A stretch of 64,000 bases of DNA from Antedon mediterranea (taxonomy: Eukaryota > Animalia > Echinodermata), in contig NC_092680.1 in the NCBI RefSeq assembly GCF_964355755.1, forward strand, positions 15,881,045 to 15,945,044, given 5' to 3'. The notes below the pieces were generated by a model. It saw only the letters and a list, made by a program, of their open reading frames with translations. It was not told the DNA's origin and made no database searches. Below are positions 26,552-39,240 of the stretch, piece after piece. The position numbers and the translations under genes were made by a program. Numbering within the stretch: the first letter of the stretch is position 1; each line of letters begins with the position of its first letter.

Positions 26552-27950
26552 GAATTCTTGTTTCAAGCAATATTTTTCTTAAAATAAGTAAGAATATTCC
26601 GATTTGTATTTTTTTGAATTCTTGTTTCAAGCAATATATTTCTTAAAATAAGTAAGAATATTCCGATTTGTATTTTATAGAATTCTTGTTTCAAGCAATA
26701 TATTTCTTAAAATAAGTAAGAATATTCCGATTTGTATTTTTTTGAATTCTTGTTTCAAGCAAGATATTTCTTAAAATAAGTAAGAATATTCCGATTTGTA
26801 TTTTATAGAATTCTTGTTTCAAGCAATATATTTCTTAAAATAAGTAAGAATATTCCGATTTGTATTTTTTTGAATTCTTGTTTCAAGCAAGATATTTCTT
26901 AAAATAAGTAAGAATATTCCGATTTTTATTTTTTGAATTCTTGTTTCAAGCAATATTTTTCTTAAAACAAGTAAGAATATTCCGATTTTTATTTTTTGAA
27001 TTCTTGTTTCAAGCAATATTTTTCTTAAAATAAGTAAGAATATTCCGATTTTTATTTTTTGAATTCTTGTTTCAAGCAATTTTTTTCTTAAAATAAGTAA
27101 GAATATTCCGATTTGTATTTTTTGAATTCTTGTTTCAAGCAAAATATTTCTTAAAATAAGTAAGAATATTCCGATTTTTATTTGTAGAATTCTTGTTTCA
27201 AGCAATATATTTCTTAAAATAAGTAAGAATATTCCGATTTGTATTTTTTAGAATTCTTGTTTTAAGCAATATTTTTCTTAAAATAAGTAAGAATATTCCG
27301 ATTTTTAATTTTAATATTCTTGTTTCAAGCAATATATTTCTTAAAATAAGTAAGAATATTCCGATTTGTATTTTTTGAATTCTTGTTTCAAGCAATATTT
27401 TTCTTAAAATAAGTAAGAATATTCCGATTTGTATTTTTTGAATTCTTGTTTCAAGCAATATTTTTCTTAAAATAAGTAAGAATATTCCGATTTGTATTTT
27501 TTGAATTCTTGTTTCAAGCAATATATTTCTTAAAATAAGTAAGAATATTCCGATTTTTATTTGTAGAATTCTTGTTTCAAGCAATATTTTTCTTAAAATA
27601 AGTAAGAATATTCCGGTTTGTATTTTTTCGAATTCTTGTTTTAAGCAATATTTTTCTTAAAATAAGTAAGAATATTCCGATTTATATTTTTAGTTTTCTT
27701 GTTTCAAGCAATATATTTCTTAAAATAAGTAAGAATATTCCGATTTTTATTTGTAGAATTCTTGTTTCAAGCAAAACTTTTTTTAAAATAAGTAAACAAG
27801 AAGTCTATCAAATAAAAACCAGTAAATGTTTACTTATTTTAAGAAAAGTATTGCTTGAAACAAGAATTCTATCAAATTAAAATTCGTAAATTCTTACTTA
27901 TATTGGGAAAAAAATTGCTTGAAACAAGAATTCTATAAAATATAAATCAT
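26552..27950. repeat. Subterminal array, 63-64-bp unit x ~20, with the last 2-3 units inverted
   Basis: Unit GAATTCTTGTTTCAAGCAATATATTTCTTAAAATAAGTAAGAATATTCCGATTTGTATTTTTT. Orientation flips near 27800. Mirrored at ~55735-57135. Confidence 0.92.
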
Positions 27951-28230
27951 TAAAAATTTATTTTAAGAACGATAAATGAATACTCATTTTAAGTAATATT
28001 TTACTTAAACAAATAAATTCAAGAATGTTATAAAACATAATATTAACAATACTGTTATTTTCATTAAGAACTACAATTTACATGACATTAGGTACAATAA
28101 TATATACAACTTCTTTAAAACAAACTTGTTTTTATTAATAATAAAATGCCATCAAAAGAAAACTTAAAAACATTAAAATGGTAAAATACAAATTTCGTAA
28201 ATTCTTCTCCCGCACCTGGGCTTTAAACTA

Positions 28231-30275
28231 TTAGGTGTCTTTAAATTTATTAATGTATACTAATGATGATTCAACAGCCTTTGTCAAGTGTACAGGTGTG
28301 TTTTCATCACAAATCACTAACTGTTATAGGATAGTGAGGCCTACTTCTTTTCATTTTGGATAATCGAAATCCAGAAGGTAAAAAGTGGAGAGGAGAGTAA
28401 CTAGAGCCTCATCTAATTTTGCTTTCTTTGTAGTTAGAATTGTTTGCTAAACTTTAATGTAGGCCATTTCTGTGTCCAAAAGCAATACCGGCATATTACC
28501 TGATCGGCGTGAAGACCAGGATTCTGGATCTTTATTCATGTTCCTAAACATGAAAAGAGATTAATATAGTTTTAGTTATTACTGTATTTAAAATATGTGT
28601 AACATCATCAACTAATTGGGTACGGTGTGGTTTTAGAGTCCTATATCTGGGGCGGTAAACACAAAAACATGACGCAATATTAGAACGGTGGTAAGAATAA
28701 TTTTACATTATAAGACATAAGGGTGGGTGGAATATGCATTTGAACTTTTTAATCACAAACTTTGCCCTGTTTATACCGATCCCAAAGACAGGCCTGGCTG
28801 TATCTATTATTTTTAGTTAAATTATTAGGGTCTAAATTTATTTTTAATATTACTATTTAGGAAGACAATACGCAAAACGGTGCTCAATCCTGATTGATGT
28901 TTTTATTCCGTATCAATGTTTATAATAACAATTGTTTGATTTTAATAAATTATTGTAAACATACTGTAGTATATACCTTGAATTTTAAGCTAAGATAAAT
29001 TTGATTTTAAAAAAACACTTTAAGATATTTTTTTTTAATGTACATAATGTTACTTGTATTTTAAATTTTAAAAAACACTAAATACCTTCAAGGTCGGCAG
29101 ACTTTTTTTGATGAGTTTTTCCCAACAAATATGTTTGACAGATTTGACAACATATGGGTTATCTTTGAACCTAACCAAAAATAACAAATTGAAAACATTA
29201 TATTATATAAATTTATTTAAATGAGTGGAATAATGTATGGACATAAACTTGATATACTGTAGCTCAAATTTTTAATAATGTAGCCTACAGTTTTGTAGGT
29301 GGTCAATGTAAAAGGAAGGGGAAAGGGTGGGCTGGCCAGGAGAGCATTAATATGTCAAAAATTAATATTCATGAGTCGAACCAAGCTGTTAAAAATACGT
29401 ACACAATATGTACACGTATTTTCCTCACTACCATTGGTCCATTATAAAACTATTTATGAATAGATAAAAGTACAAAAACATACACTGTACTTACCAGATG
29501 GAGGACTGGTGTTTCTCTTTAAAATACCAAAATAAACTATATTATTCTCTTCTTTGGAAAAATTTGCTAAGCACTTTTTTAAAAAGCTTTCTTTTGTATT
29601 TCATTCCTCTTTGCCTAGTAATAATTAGTATCCTTCGAACTTCTTCAATTACCTAACAAATAATTTAAGATATTGTAAATAACACAGTTTTTTTAAAAGA
29701 AATTTAATATAACAATTTTAGTTATGCAGTACGTATGTTTTTTGTTTGTTTTTTTAGTATGTTTTTTTTAAATTTAGAGTTAAAAACATTAAGTTTCAAT
29801 ATCGATGTGATCACTTCGGGGATTACTTAGTGTGTACAATTAATTAAATATAAAGAAGTGTTTTTAAATGTCATTATATTTCTCATTGGAATATGTGTAT
29901 ATAATAATATAATCCTTCGTAGATATTTCATGGCTACATTACAAAATAACTGTTACATTATAATTGTATTATCTATTATTAGGCCTTCCTTATACCTAGC
30001 TGAAATAGGTCCGACAATATTTGTCCTCTCTGTCAATGTCTGAACTAAAATGCTAAGCTAAACCTATACACCTGTCCGTCAGTACAGGCATAGTAGGCTA
30101 GCCTAGACCTACTAGTTCCAGGCCTACAGTATTACTAACTAGGAAGGAGCCTAGGCTAGGCCTAGACTGCTGGCAGATTAAAATATAATTATTATTAGGC
30201 CTACGAACCTGTTAAAATGTTGGCCACTTCTTCATCTATTTCTCGGATCTTCAACAAAGCGTCTTCCTTCGACAT
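28231..30275 (-). pseudogene. Decayed multi-exon EnSpm accessory (TnpA-like, SAM/SAMD3-like) gene
   Basis: First exon MSKEDALLKIREIDEEVANILT followed by a GT donor; SAM-like remnant LSDLFQLGIRK. Last exon ALVTLLSTFYLLDFDYPK*KEVGLTIL*Q resembles the FYxxxxxYP motif of animal CACTA ORF2 proteins. Several stops. Also present at 53360-55454 (+). Confidence 0.55.
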
Positions 30276-30659
30276 TATATTAGACTAATCTTACTAGGCC
30301 TATTGAAGCATTTAATATATAAATTGCGATGAAAGGTGTCTTTTACTTACAAACTCTAGATTTTGAATGATTACTTTAAAAAACCGTTGGCCATGAATCC
30401 CGCCGGGAGCTAGGTCATCGACCACACACAGTGTTGTTTTTCAACTATAACCAAAAATTTATCGCTGGCCTTTTACCCAGAATGTATAAGGTCATTATAC
30501 TGCTCAACGTTAAAGCATGGAGGTATAAACCTCCATGGTGGTTAAAGCAAATCTATAAAACGTCTGGACCAACAGTAATACGACAGACAATAATAATGAC
30601 ACATGTTTGTTGCAGTCCGAAAAAAAAGCGATAAGTTGGTGCCAGTAAACTGAAGTAGG

Positions 30660-31607
30660 TACAGTATTTGCTACCCTATTTGCTAAGGCATTATAATTCA
30701 ATTCATGGAAATACTCCGAATTTTCGAGTAACATGTGGAATTGGTGGTTCGCTGCCCGGCAAGCTTTGGAATTTACAATTCGTTTTACAAGCATGTCATA
30801 AGACGCCATTTTAAGGACGAGTATAACAATCGGCAACCTCCTGCAGTTGACGATGGAAACATCAGTATATAAGTATGCCTGGAGAAAACGAGGATGCCAA
30901 TTGAGGATGAAGTAGAACTAGGCCTAGACTAGGAGACTGACGAAGTTAATGAAGAAAAAAACTATTATAACGGGGATGATTTATCAACTGACGATAGTAG
31001 TAGTGATAATTCTAGTATTGTTATACTGTTAATGATTGTTTAATATTAATTATCTTGTTGATGCTCAGCAAGAAGGCCTACTAACTAGAGGATGAACAAG
31101 CAGATAATAGTATAAAAAATGCTGATTTCCTTCTACTAAAATTAGAGGAGAGAAACAAGATTCCACAGGTAAGCCATTTTGCTTTAAAATTACAACAATT
31201 ATGCATTTTAAACTATTTTTTATTAGAGAAATACGTCTATTTCCTAGGCCTTGCTGGTACTGTTATTATACAGGACTATTAGCTATAGTAACTATAGGAC
31301 TTGGGTACTAGGCCTAGGCCTAGGCATTATACACTCTAAGTTTATGTTGCATTTTTTTTGTGACCAATTTCATTGTTGCAAATAACATTTTTTTTGTTAG
31401 GCTGCATAGCTCCCCAACTAAAGCACAACTTAGTTTTTAAACATATTAAAACTTGAATATAAAAAATATTAAATCAATATTATTTTCTTTAGGTTGCAGT
31501 GCAATCGATTATTCAAAGCACAAACAGTTTGATTACCCAGATTCTTTCATCAGTTGAAACTGAAGTGCTAACTGCTCTACCGTTGTGTGAATATAAGGAT
31601 ATTGACA
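30660..31607 (+). pseudogene. N-terminal remnant of an EnSpm transposase (C2H2 zinc fingers), truncated before the catalytic domain
   Basis: LLRHYNSIHGNTPNFRVTCGIGG / (frameshift) CPASFGIYNSFYKHVIRRH, then an acidic tract, FLLLKLEERNKIPQ followed by donor gtaag, and exon VAVQSIIQSTNSLITQIL that runs into the repeat array. Mirrored at ~52025-52975 (-). Confidence 0.65.
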
Positions 31608-31609
31608 AT

Positions 31610-33130
31610 CTATTTTAAGTAAAACATTTCTCAAAATAAGTATTTTTAAGAATATTAAAATAGAATTGACTTCAATTCAAGCAAAAATAGTCTTGATAGG
31701 ATATAGTATGATATTGACTTCTTATCTTAAGTAAAACATTTCTCAAAATAAGTATTTTTTAAAATATTGCGAATCTCAATTTAAGCAAAAATAGTCTTGA
31801 TAAGATAGTATGATATTGACTTCTTATTTTAAGTAAAACATTTCTCAAAATAAGTATTTTAAAGAATATTGCGAATCTTGATTCAAGTAAAAATAGTCTT
31901 GATAAGATAGTATGATATTGACTTCTTATTTTAAGTAAAACATTTCTCAAAATCAGAATATTGCGAATCTGAATTCAAGCAAAAATAGTCTTGATAGGAT
32001 AGTATGATATTGACTTCTTATTTTAAGTAAAACATTTTTCAAAATAAGTATTTTTAAAAATATTGCGAATCTCAATTTAAGCAAAAATAGTCTTGATAAG
32101 ATAGTATGATATTGACTTCTTATTTTAAGTAAAACATTTCTCGAAATAAGTATTTTTAAGAATATTGCGAATCTTGATTCAAGTAAAAATAGTCTTGATA
32201 AGATAGTATGATATTGACTTCTTATTTTAAGTAAAACATTTCTCAAAATAAGTATTTTTAAAAATATTGCGAATCTCAATTTAAGCAAAAATAGTCTTGA
32301 TAAGATAGTATGATATTGACTTCTTATTTTAAGTAAAACATTTCTCAAAATAAGTATTTTTAAGAATATTGCGAAACCTAATTTAAGAAACTTTGTCTTA
32401 CCTAGAAAAATATTTATTGTTTTAAGTAATTTTTAGAATTCATCAATCTTGATTTAAGAAAAATTATTCTTGATAGGGATAAATATAATATTGATTTCTT
32501 ATTTTAAGTAAAATACTTTTCAAATTAAGTATTTTCAAATCTTGTTTTAAGCAAAACTATTCTTAATAAGAAGAGAATGATATTGACTTCTTATTTTAAG
32601 TAAAATATTTCTTGTAATAAGCATTTTCAAGAATATTGCGAATCTTGATTCAAGTAAAAATAATCTTGATAAGGGTAGTGTGAAATTGACTTCTTATTTT
32701 AAGTAAAATATTTCTCAAAACAAGTATTTTCAAGACTATTGCGAAACCTAATTTAAGAAACTTTGTCTTACCTAGAAAAATATTTATTGTTTTAAGTAAT
32801 TTTTATAATTCATCAATCTTGATTTAAGAAAAATTATTCTTGATAGGGATAAATATAATATAGATTTCTTATTTTAAGTAAAATACTTTTCAAATTAAGT
32901 ATTTTCAAATCTTGTTTTAAGCAAAACTATTCTTAATAAGAAGAGAATGATATTGACTTCTTATTTTAAGTAAAATATTTCTTGTAATAAGCATTTTCAA
33001 GAATATTGCAAAACTTAATTTAAGAAAATGTGTCTTTTCTAGAAAATTATTTCTTGTTTTAAGTAATTTTAAATCTTGACAAGAAAAAAAATACTTATTT
33101 TAAGAATTTTTTCTTAAAACAAGATTTTTT
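31610..33130. repeat. Subterminal array: ~102-bp unit x ~7.5, then a 370-bp higher-order duplication
   Basis: AAAACATTTCTCAAAATAAG recurs every ~102 nt. GCGAAACCTAATTTAAGAAACTTTG occurs at 32371 and 32741. Mirrored at ~50500-52020. Confidence 0.9.
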
Positions 33131-33381
33131 TTTCTTGCTTAGAATTTCAAATTTTGCTGTGTAGGTGCTAGATCAGACACACACTGTACGAAAATCGTGT
33201 TTGTTTAATTTTCTTTTTGATGCTTTCAGAATATTTAAGGAAATTGATTAATGTCGTATTATTTTAAACCCACGCACCAAGTTGCTGTTATTTTAATTAC
33301 TATTTAATAAAACAAAATTCAATGACCAACGTCAGTACAATGTAGTCTACGTTTGTGACGTCGGGTGTTGTACAGCCCGGC

Positions 33382-33650
33382 GGAGAGTGATGGTGTAATG
33401 ATAAGGTAATTAGACTGGTGTGAGATTCGAGCCTTAATGTACTATATCAACTGATGCACTCTCATTGCCTGTCAGATGGGACGTAGATTCGTTGGTCTTG
33501 TACATACAGTGTACAGGACTTGGTACATTATTTAAAACGAGAACAGCCAGAAAACACTAGCCCTTCATCAGTGCAAGTGAAGGAATTTGGATAACGTCAG
33601 AGTATAAAGCTGGCAAGTGCTGCCTGGGTGGACAGGAATAAAAGAAATAA
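33382..33650 (+). mobile_element. Possible old tRNA-derived SINE
   Basis: A-box-like TGGTGTAATGA and B-box-like GATTCGAGCC, a CTGTCAGATGGGACGTA body and an A-rich end. Highly degenerate. Confidence 0.35.
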
Positions 33651-33894
33651 TTATAACAAAGGGAGCCAGGGTGGAGTCTGAATAAGAGTGGAAAACAAAG
33701 AAGGTAGCTTGGTAGAGATATAAAAAATTTTGGAATGAGACTAAAAAACAGCTTAAATGGTGGTTAATATTGAAACTTAAATTTTGGTAGTTAATGGAAT
33801 AATTTTACCGATCTGGGAGTATGTTCCTAATGTTAAGTCCAAAAAGTTTTGTGGTTTTAAGTAGTAATATATATATTAATACCAATACTTAGTT

Positions 33895-34252
33895 TATATA
33901 TATATATATATATATAAACAAATCAGGCAAAAAACATTAATTCTAAACCGCCCGGTGATATACTGAAATTTAATTAATTAATTTGAAACGATAAAGATGA
34001 GGAAATCTGTGAGAATAAGAAAAAGTCACCCCAACCGAGACTCGAACTCGGACCGCCTGCTTGATATGCAGATGTCCTAACCATAGACCACTGGGGCTTT
34101 CATGGTATTGTTCGAACACGATTGGATAGCGACTCTTTAACATTCTCGGCGTGGTACGGCGGAACAGCACTAGTCCTCAGTTGTACGCACGCGCACCAGA
34201 GATCAAATTTATATATATATATATATGTGTGTGATATATATATATATATATG
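33895..34252. mobile_element. ~290-bp repeat element embedded in (TA)n and carrying a tRNA-like cloverleaf; partial second copy at 36440-36540
   Basis: (TA)n tracts on both sides. The ~90-bp left part CAGGCA..ACATTAATTCTAAACCG..GATGAGGAA is repeated at 36441-36531. Confidence 0.7.
34027..34097 (-). tRNA. tRNA-Asp-like cloverleaf (anticodon ATC), most likely a repeat-borne pseudo-tRNA
   Basis: Acceptor GCCCCAG/TTGGGGT, D arm GTCT/GGAC, anticodon arm TCTGC-ATATCAA-GCAGG, T arm CCGAG-TTCGAGT-CTCGG, followed by a TTTT Pol III terminator. Confidence 0.55.
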
Positions 34253-35136
34253 TGTGTGATGTCAATGCACGTGACGTGGATACACATTATACAGATACAC
34301 ATTATACAAGTAACAGGGCCAACTACAGAACATTAACCGTTCGTATAAAGTGGTATTAAGCCGCACAATATACCACAACGGTTAGAATAAAACATGGAGA
34401 AACAACCAGTAATCATTATTATTGGTTTAGTTTTTGGAGAAAAAAATAGGCCTATAGTCATGACTTAATAAATTCAAGTTTACTTTGACCAATCACATGC
34501 AACGGATCATCAAAATTGTTGCTGTGATTTGTCAAATCACTTTCGCTATGCGTCTTTGATTCTAGCTCGTCAGTGGCAACCAATATTTTTACCATGTATA
34601 AAATGAAAATTACAAATCAACCAAACTATGTTCTTTACATCAACTTTCGATGTAAAGTTGCTTCATTCCTTTTCAGCTCATTTAATCTTCTTCTTTCAAC
34701 ATTACATACCTGACTTGAATTGGGTAGAAAGGAAATTTGTCATAAAATCATTGACTGACTGATTAGCTAATAACTACTTAAAAAACTTAACTACTTTAAT
34801 AGTTTTGAAATTATTTATGAACTTAAGTGACCAAATAATTATCATTATTATATTAGTTAAAATGATAGAAACTATTAAACAGTATGATATAAATAGCATG
34901 GTGTACAATATTGAATCTATTTCACTTTCATTGACGTTTAATAAGAGATAACTGCATAGTAACAGTATTATGGTTCACGAAATCATAACGAAATGAGCAT
35001 GCGTGAGTAACAGAACAAAAAGGTAACAGGAACAGGAGAAGAATGTAGCTTAAACTATGGATCTATTTTGCCAAATTCCTTAAAATAACTTCGAAACAGT
35101 CGAAGTACAAATTCACACAATATTCGATGTGAACAA

Positions 35137-35207
35137 TACTAATAATAATAATAAACAGTATATATATAGCGCCTAATGGATCACTGATCCCTCTAGGTGC
35201 TTTACAT
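35137..35207 (-). mobile_element. L2-type LINE/SINE 3' tail fragment
   Basis: Minus strand TGTAAAGCACCTAGAG...TAGGCGCTATATA followed by (TTA)n, resembling L2/SINE stem-loop tails. Confidence 0.4.
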
Positions 35208-36694
35208 AGGCAAGTAAAACCAGATTAAACATAAAATCCAGCAACGTGACAAGCCAGGCCAACCTATTGGACTAGAATTACCAATATCTTACCCCTGTAC
35301 GCATTATTTGTTGTAAGCTTACAAAACTAAGCCCAACTAAGCTGGGCCTAAACGTCTACAAAAGAACATTCGACGCGAGCTACTTTGGTAGTGCATTGTT
35401 GTTTTTGTGCAAGCATGACATCAGGAGCTCAGGCAAACTGCATTTGCCATTGAAACTACAAACAAAGCAAAAGAAGACTGCAAATGGAAAATAGGATGCA
35501 AACAATGGAAGATTACAGTACGAAAAGCAAATAGAAAATGCAATAAATAAAAACAGGAACGATATTGTAGACGCTTTCAACCTACGTTTCGGAGGAGCAA
35601 TTATACAAAAACCTTACGAGAAGTTACAATCTCTATTCATAAACATTATGATTATTATTCCCTCAAATAATAATTCGCAGCAGCAAGTAAAATAATTGTC
35701 AGATATCCGTTTTTAGTTTTGTTTTTCATTTACACAAAGGGCGGATTTTTAGATTATGATGGAAATAACTAATGCACACTTAGGCCTATAAATAATTGCC
35801 GTGGTACGGTAAAGGCCAAACTTTGACGTGATTGTGTTTACTATTGAAGCAGGCAGGATAATTTGTAATAATACTCATGGAAATTGCTAAATTGGGCTAT
35901 TCTTTAACACATTTGCATATTCTTTACATACACTTTAATAAAAGTATTTATTACAAGTCCATGAAGACTGTCCATGATGCTATTTATACTCAAACAGTCA
36001 CAGGCGACCATTGACAACAAAGTGATTTTCTTCTTTTTTCTCTCTCTCTCGCTCTCTTTTTTTTTTGTATTCGTCTAGGAGATTGATATAGATTGCTGTT
36101 AGTTAGAGCTTTATGTTTAGTACTGATAAGCAATTCCCCGATGATAAGGTGTAATTTTCTTCACTAGCCGGGAATGACTCATTGAAAACTTTCTGCCGAT
36201 GTGAACTCAAGATAAATTGAATGATAAAGGACTTAATGGGTCATTTCAACTGCCGTTTAATAAAACATGTCACTTTTTAAGGTTTTTTTTCTTATATATT
36301 GGGCTATCGCGATCATTTTGATGTCAATAGACCTACCAGTAATGAACTAACCCCTAACATTATTTTTGCTGACAATCCTTCAAAACAAATAATAGTAAAT
36401 CTTCCAGTATAAATATATATAAGTAGATTTATAAGCACATCAGGCATAGAACATTAATTCTAAACCGACCGGTGATATACTAAAATTTAATTAATTAATT
36501 TGAAACGATAAAGATGAGGAACTCTATGAGAAATATATATCATAAACGTTAAAAACATAACAACTCGAAATTTTTTTCTCAACTGGAACGACAGTTTATT
36601 TTAAAATTGTTAATCTATTTCAATTGGACTATGATATAGCCTAAGTGGAATATTTCTCCATGAATGGACATTGAAATAAAAATGCTGATTCAGT

Positions 36695-36767
36695 ACCGTA
36701 ATCCATGGTCGCATCTAAGTTTGATTTGACATGCATGTCAAATTTAGGTGCGACCATGAATTAGGTT
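36695..36767. repeat. ~72-bp imperfect palindrome (hairpin MITE remnant)
   Basis: CATGGTCGCATCTAA..TTTGACATG|CATGTCAAATTTAGGTGCGACCATG, with the stem extending through TAAT/ATTA and ACC/GGT. Confidence 0.7.
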
Positions 36768-39240
36768 AATGTTCCTTAATTGTTTTTAAATAATATCCCG
36801 AACAAGATTTATAAAGTATTATTCTATAGCCCTATGTAGGCCTACGCTTTTTTCCTTTTTCAATTGTTGAGAATTACAGGCTTTGCCTTTTTATGAAGTT
36901 TGTTTGAACTGTTTTAATTAGTATGTTGAATTGATACATATCAATCAATACGCTTCATCATAAGTAGTTTATAATAAGATTAAATAACTCACTTCTGTAT
37001 TATACGATACCAAGTTGATACGTATCTTGTCACGTTAGGCTATATTTTTAATATAAGAAGAAAATAAATTAAAATTTCTTTCTTAAATAAAAATGTTGAA
37101 TAATGTTATTGTAATTGCAAATGATATAATAACGTTGTTTATTTTCCGTTCGGAAACAATTAATTAAATATTATTGGCTGTTTACATCTGAACGTGCACC
37201 TTGCAGATCGTGTTGAACCGCAAGACATGTATCGACACTTAGACTCCGCCTTTTTTAGTGGGTAGTGGCATTTATCTGAAGTGTCAGTTCTGCCATACGA
37301 AGAACTATGGATGCAATTATATTATACACTATAGCGAGTAATGACGACATATGTCTCCGAACCATTTTGGTCTGTATCCAGACGCCTACAAGCAATAGTA
37401 ATAATATAAAACTATAGAGGGAGCTGAACTGAACTTTTTCAGTACATTAATGTTCCGAAGTGTGTAATGTTTAGTCAGTCTGGTTGAATTCAGTTGATTG
37501 TATACTTTTATCTAGAGCAGTTTGAAACATTCTTCAATGTTTTTGAATAAAAGGCTATATCAAAACATATTTACAAATAAAAAAAATAAAGTGTGATGCA
37601 GCGCAATTTACGCAATAGAAATGTAAATGTATTTGGTTGATGAATAGGATGGACGCATGAACAGACCAAAGCTCAAGTTTACAAAGATATTCTGTCTTCT
37701 GGTCTCATGCATTGTGTGGCACCCTATCTTGGTTCAGTAAAATAAGAAACATTAGGACGAATTATGAAAATTCTTAGCCTTAGAGTATTAAATATACCAG
37801 ATAGACACTTGCCAGTATAGGCTATCGTAACATACTTTGATTTGCGGGTTTGGCTTCGACGAATTCATACAAAGCAGTCAAATTCTAATCAACTTTATGT
37901 TCACCAAACCTTGTAAGTGTGTTTATTGATGTTTAATTGTATTTGATATGAATTTTAAAAGCCCATAATATGTCTAATTTGTATATGTATCTTTGAATGA
38001 TTTTTTCGAAGTAGAAACAATATTTCAGATTTAAAAGTTATTTAAAGTTTACATTTTTTTTGTGTGTGAATTAAAATTATTTTTACTGTTTTTAACTTCC
38101 AATTGCCTATCAAAGAATCATGCATAATACTAGATAACATACCTTATAGAAATAAAATGATTAAATAAATTTATTATTTATTAAATTAATTAGTTTATAT
38201 AAACACTCTTGAAAACTAAAGTGGGGGCTGTACGGTTCAAATAATTATTATGCTTCTGTTAAACTTTGTCTGGCCTTACAACGTGTGTTCTATGGTGTTT
38301 GATTTCACTGTTCAAATCGTGTGTTCGGTGTAATGGATCAAAATTATATAATATTATGAACAATCATTTTAGGTGAAGTCATTTCAATTGAATATCCTGA
38401 AAATGTATAGGCCTATGCACTTGAATTCCTTTTTATTATGCTTCCTTGTGTGTGGGCGGGGTGTTTTTTTTATTTCCCTTTTATCCAGAAGATAGGGCTG
38501 ATGAAATTTCGTTTTATGCAAAATATATTGGTCATTTTTGTCTATTAAGTAATGAAATCGGATGCAGAGCGTGAAGAAGGTTTCGAGTTTACCAGATACA
38601 GTAAGTGGTATAATAATACGGCTTTACCACGTAATGCTTCCTTGTGTGTGGGTGGGGTGTTGTTTTTTCTTGAATCCAGATGTTTTGTAGTTTATCATTT
38701 AATTCGATATAAATTAAGTTGTAAACAGGTAATAAGATAAGGCTGATTTTGTTTCAGCCAAAATAGGCCTATATTGTTCATTCTTTTTATTATTTAAGTC
38801 CAATTTTTAAGATCTAATTTAGCCTAAGATCACAAACTACATTTAATGTAAAAATAAAAAAATATATATATGATCCCAAATGAGTTAACTTCTTCCGTCT
38901 TTAAACGGTTAAAAATGTGAAAAATAAGTCGATTCTAATAATTTAAGCGCCCGCTATAAATCACAACATGCATTGCGCGCGGATTGATATTTTCTGTAAT
39001 TCACCCACTTTTCGATCGCTCCTGAGGCCAAAACAAATAGAAGATTTCTAACTTTTCAGTGAGTTGTATCAACGGATTCTGGCAAAAACAGAAAGACAAT
39101 TAATGCAGCAACTATACAACGTCAGACTAGGTCTATTAGCTAGCGTATGATGTTCGTACGTTACAGATGTTTACCAGCTAGGCCTACAAAACTAAGTCTA
39201 CAAATATATATGGACAATAATTTTAGGTGCAGTTACTACT

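Larger units (their letters stand above)
26263..33161 (+). mobile_element. Non-autonomous EnSpm/CACTA DNA transposon, copy 1 (6899 bp)
   Basis: Termini CACAGCAAAATT...AATTTTGCTGTG with 2-bp TSD TA/TA. Long subterminal repeat arrays and decayed internal genes. Near-identical inverted copy at 50471-57423. Confidence 0.9.

Noticed and set aside
26174-27584. Repetitive K/I/L-rich ORFs here and at 31759-32348, 51283-51959 and 56102-57542
   Set aside because: They are translations of the 63-bp and 102-bp subterminal arrays, not genes.
26552-27790. CRISPR-like regular repeats
   Set aside because: The units are head-to-tail with no unique spacers, there are no cas genes, and the context is eukaryotic.
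35420-35695. Purine-rich, coding-looking stretch on the + strand
   Set aside because: No start or splice context, frame breaks, and no recognisable domain.
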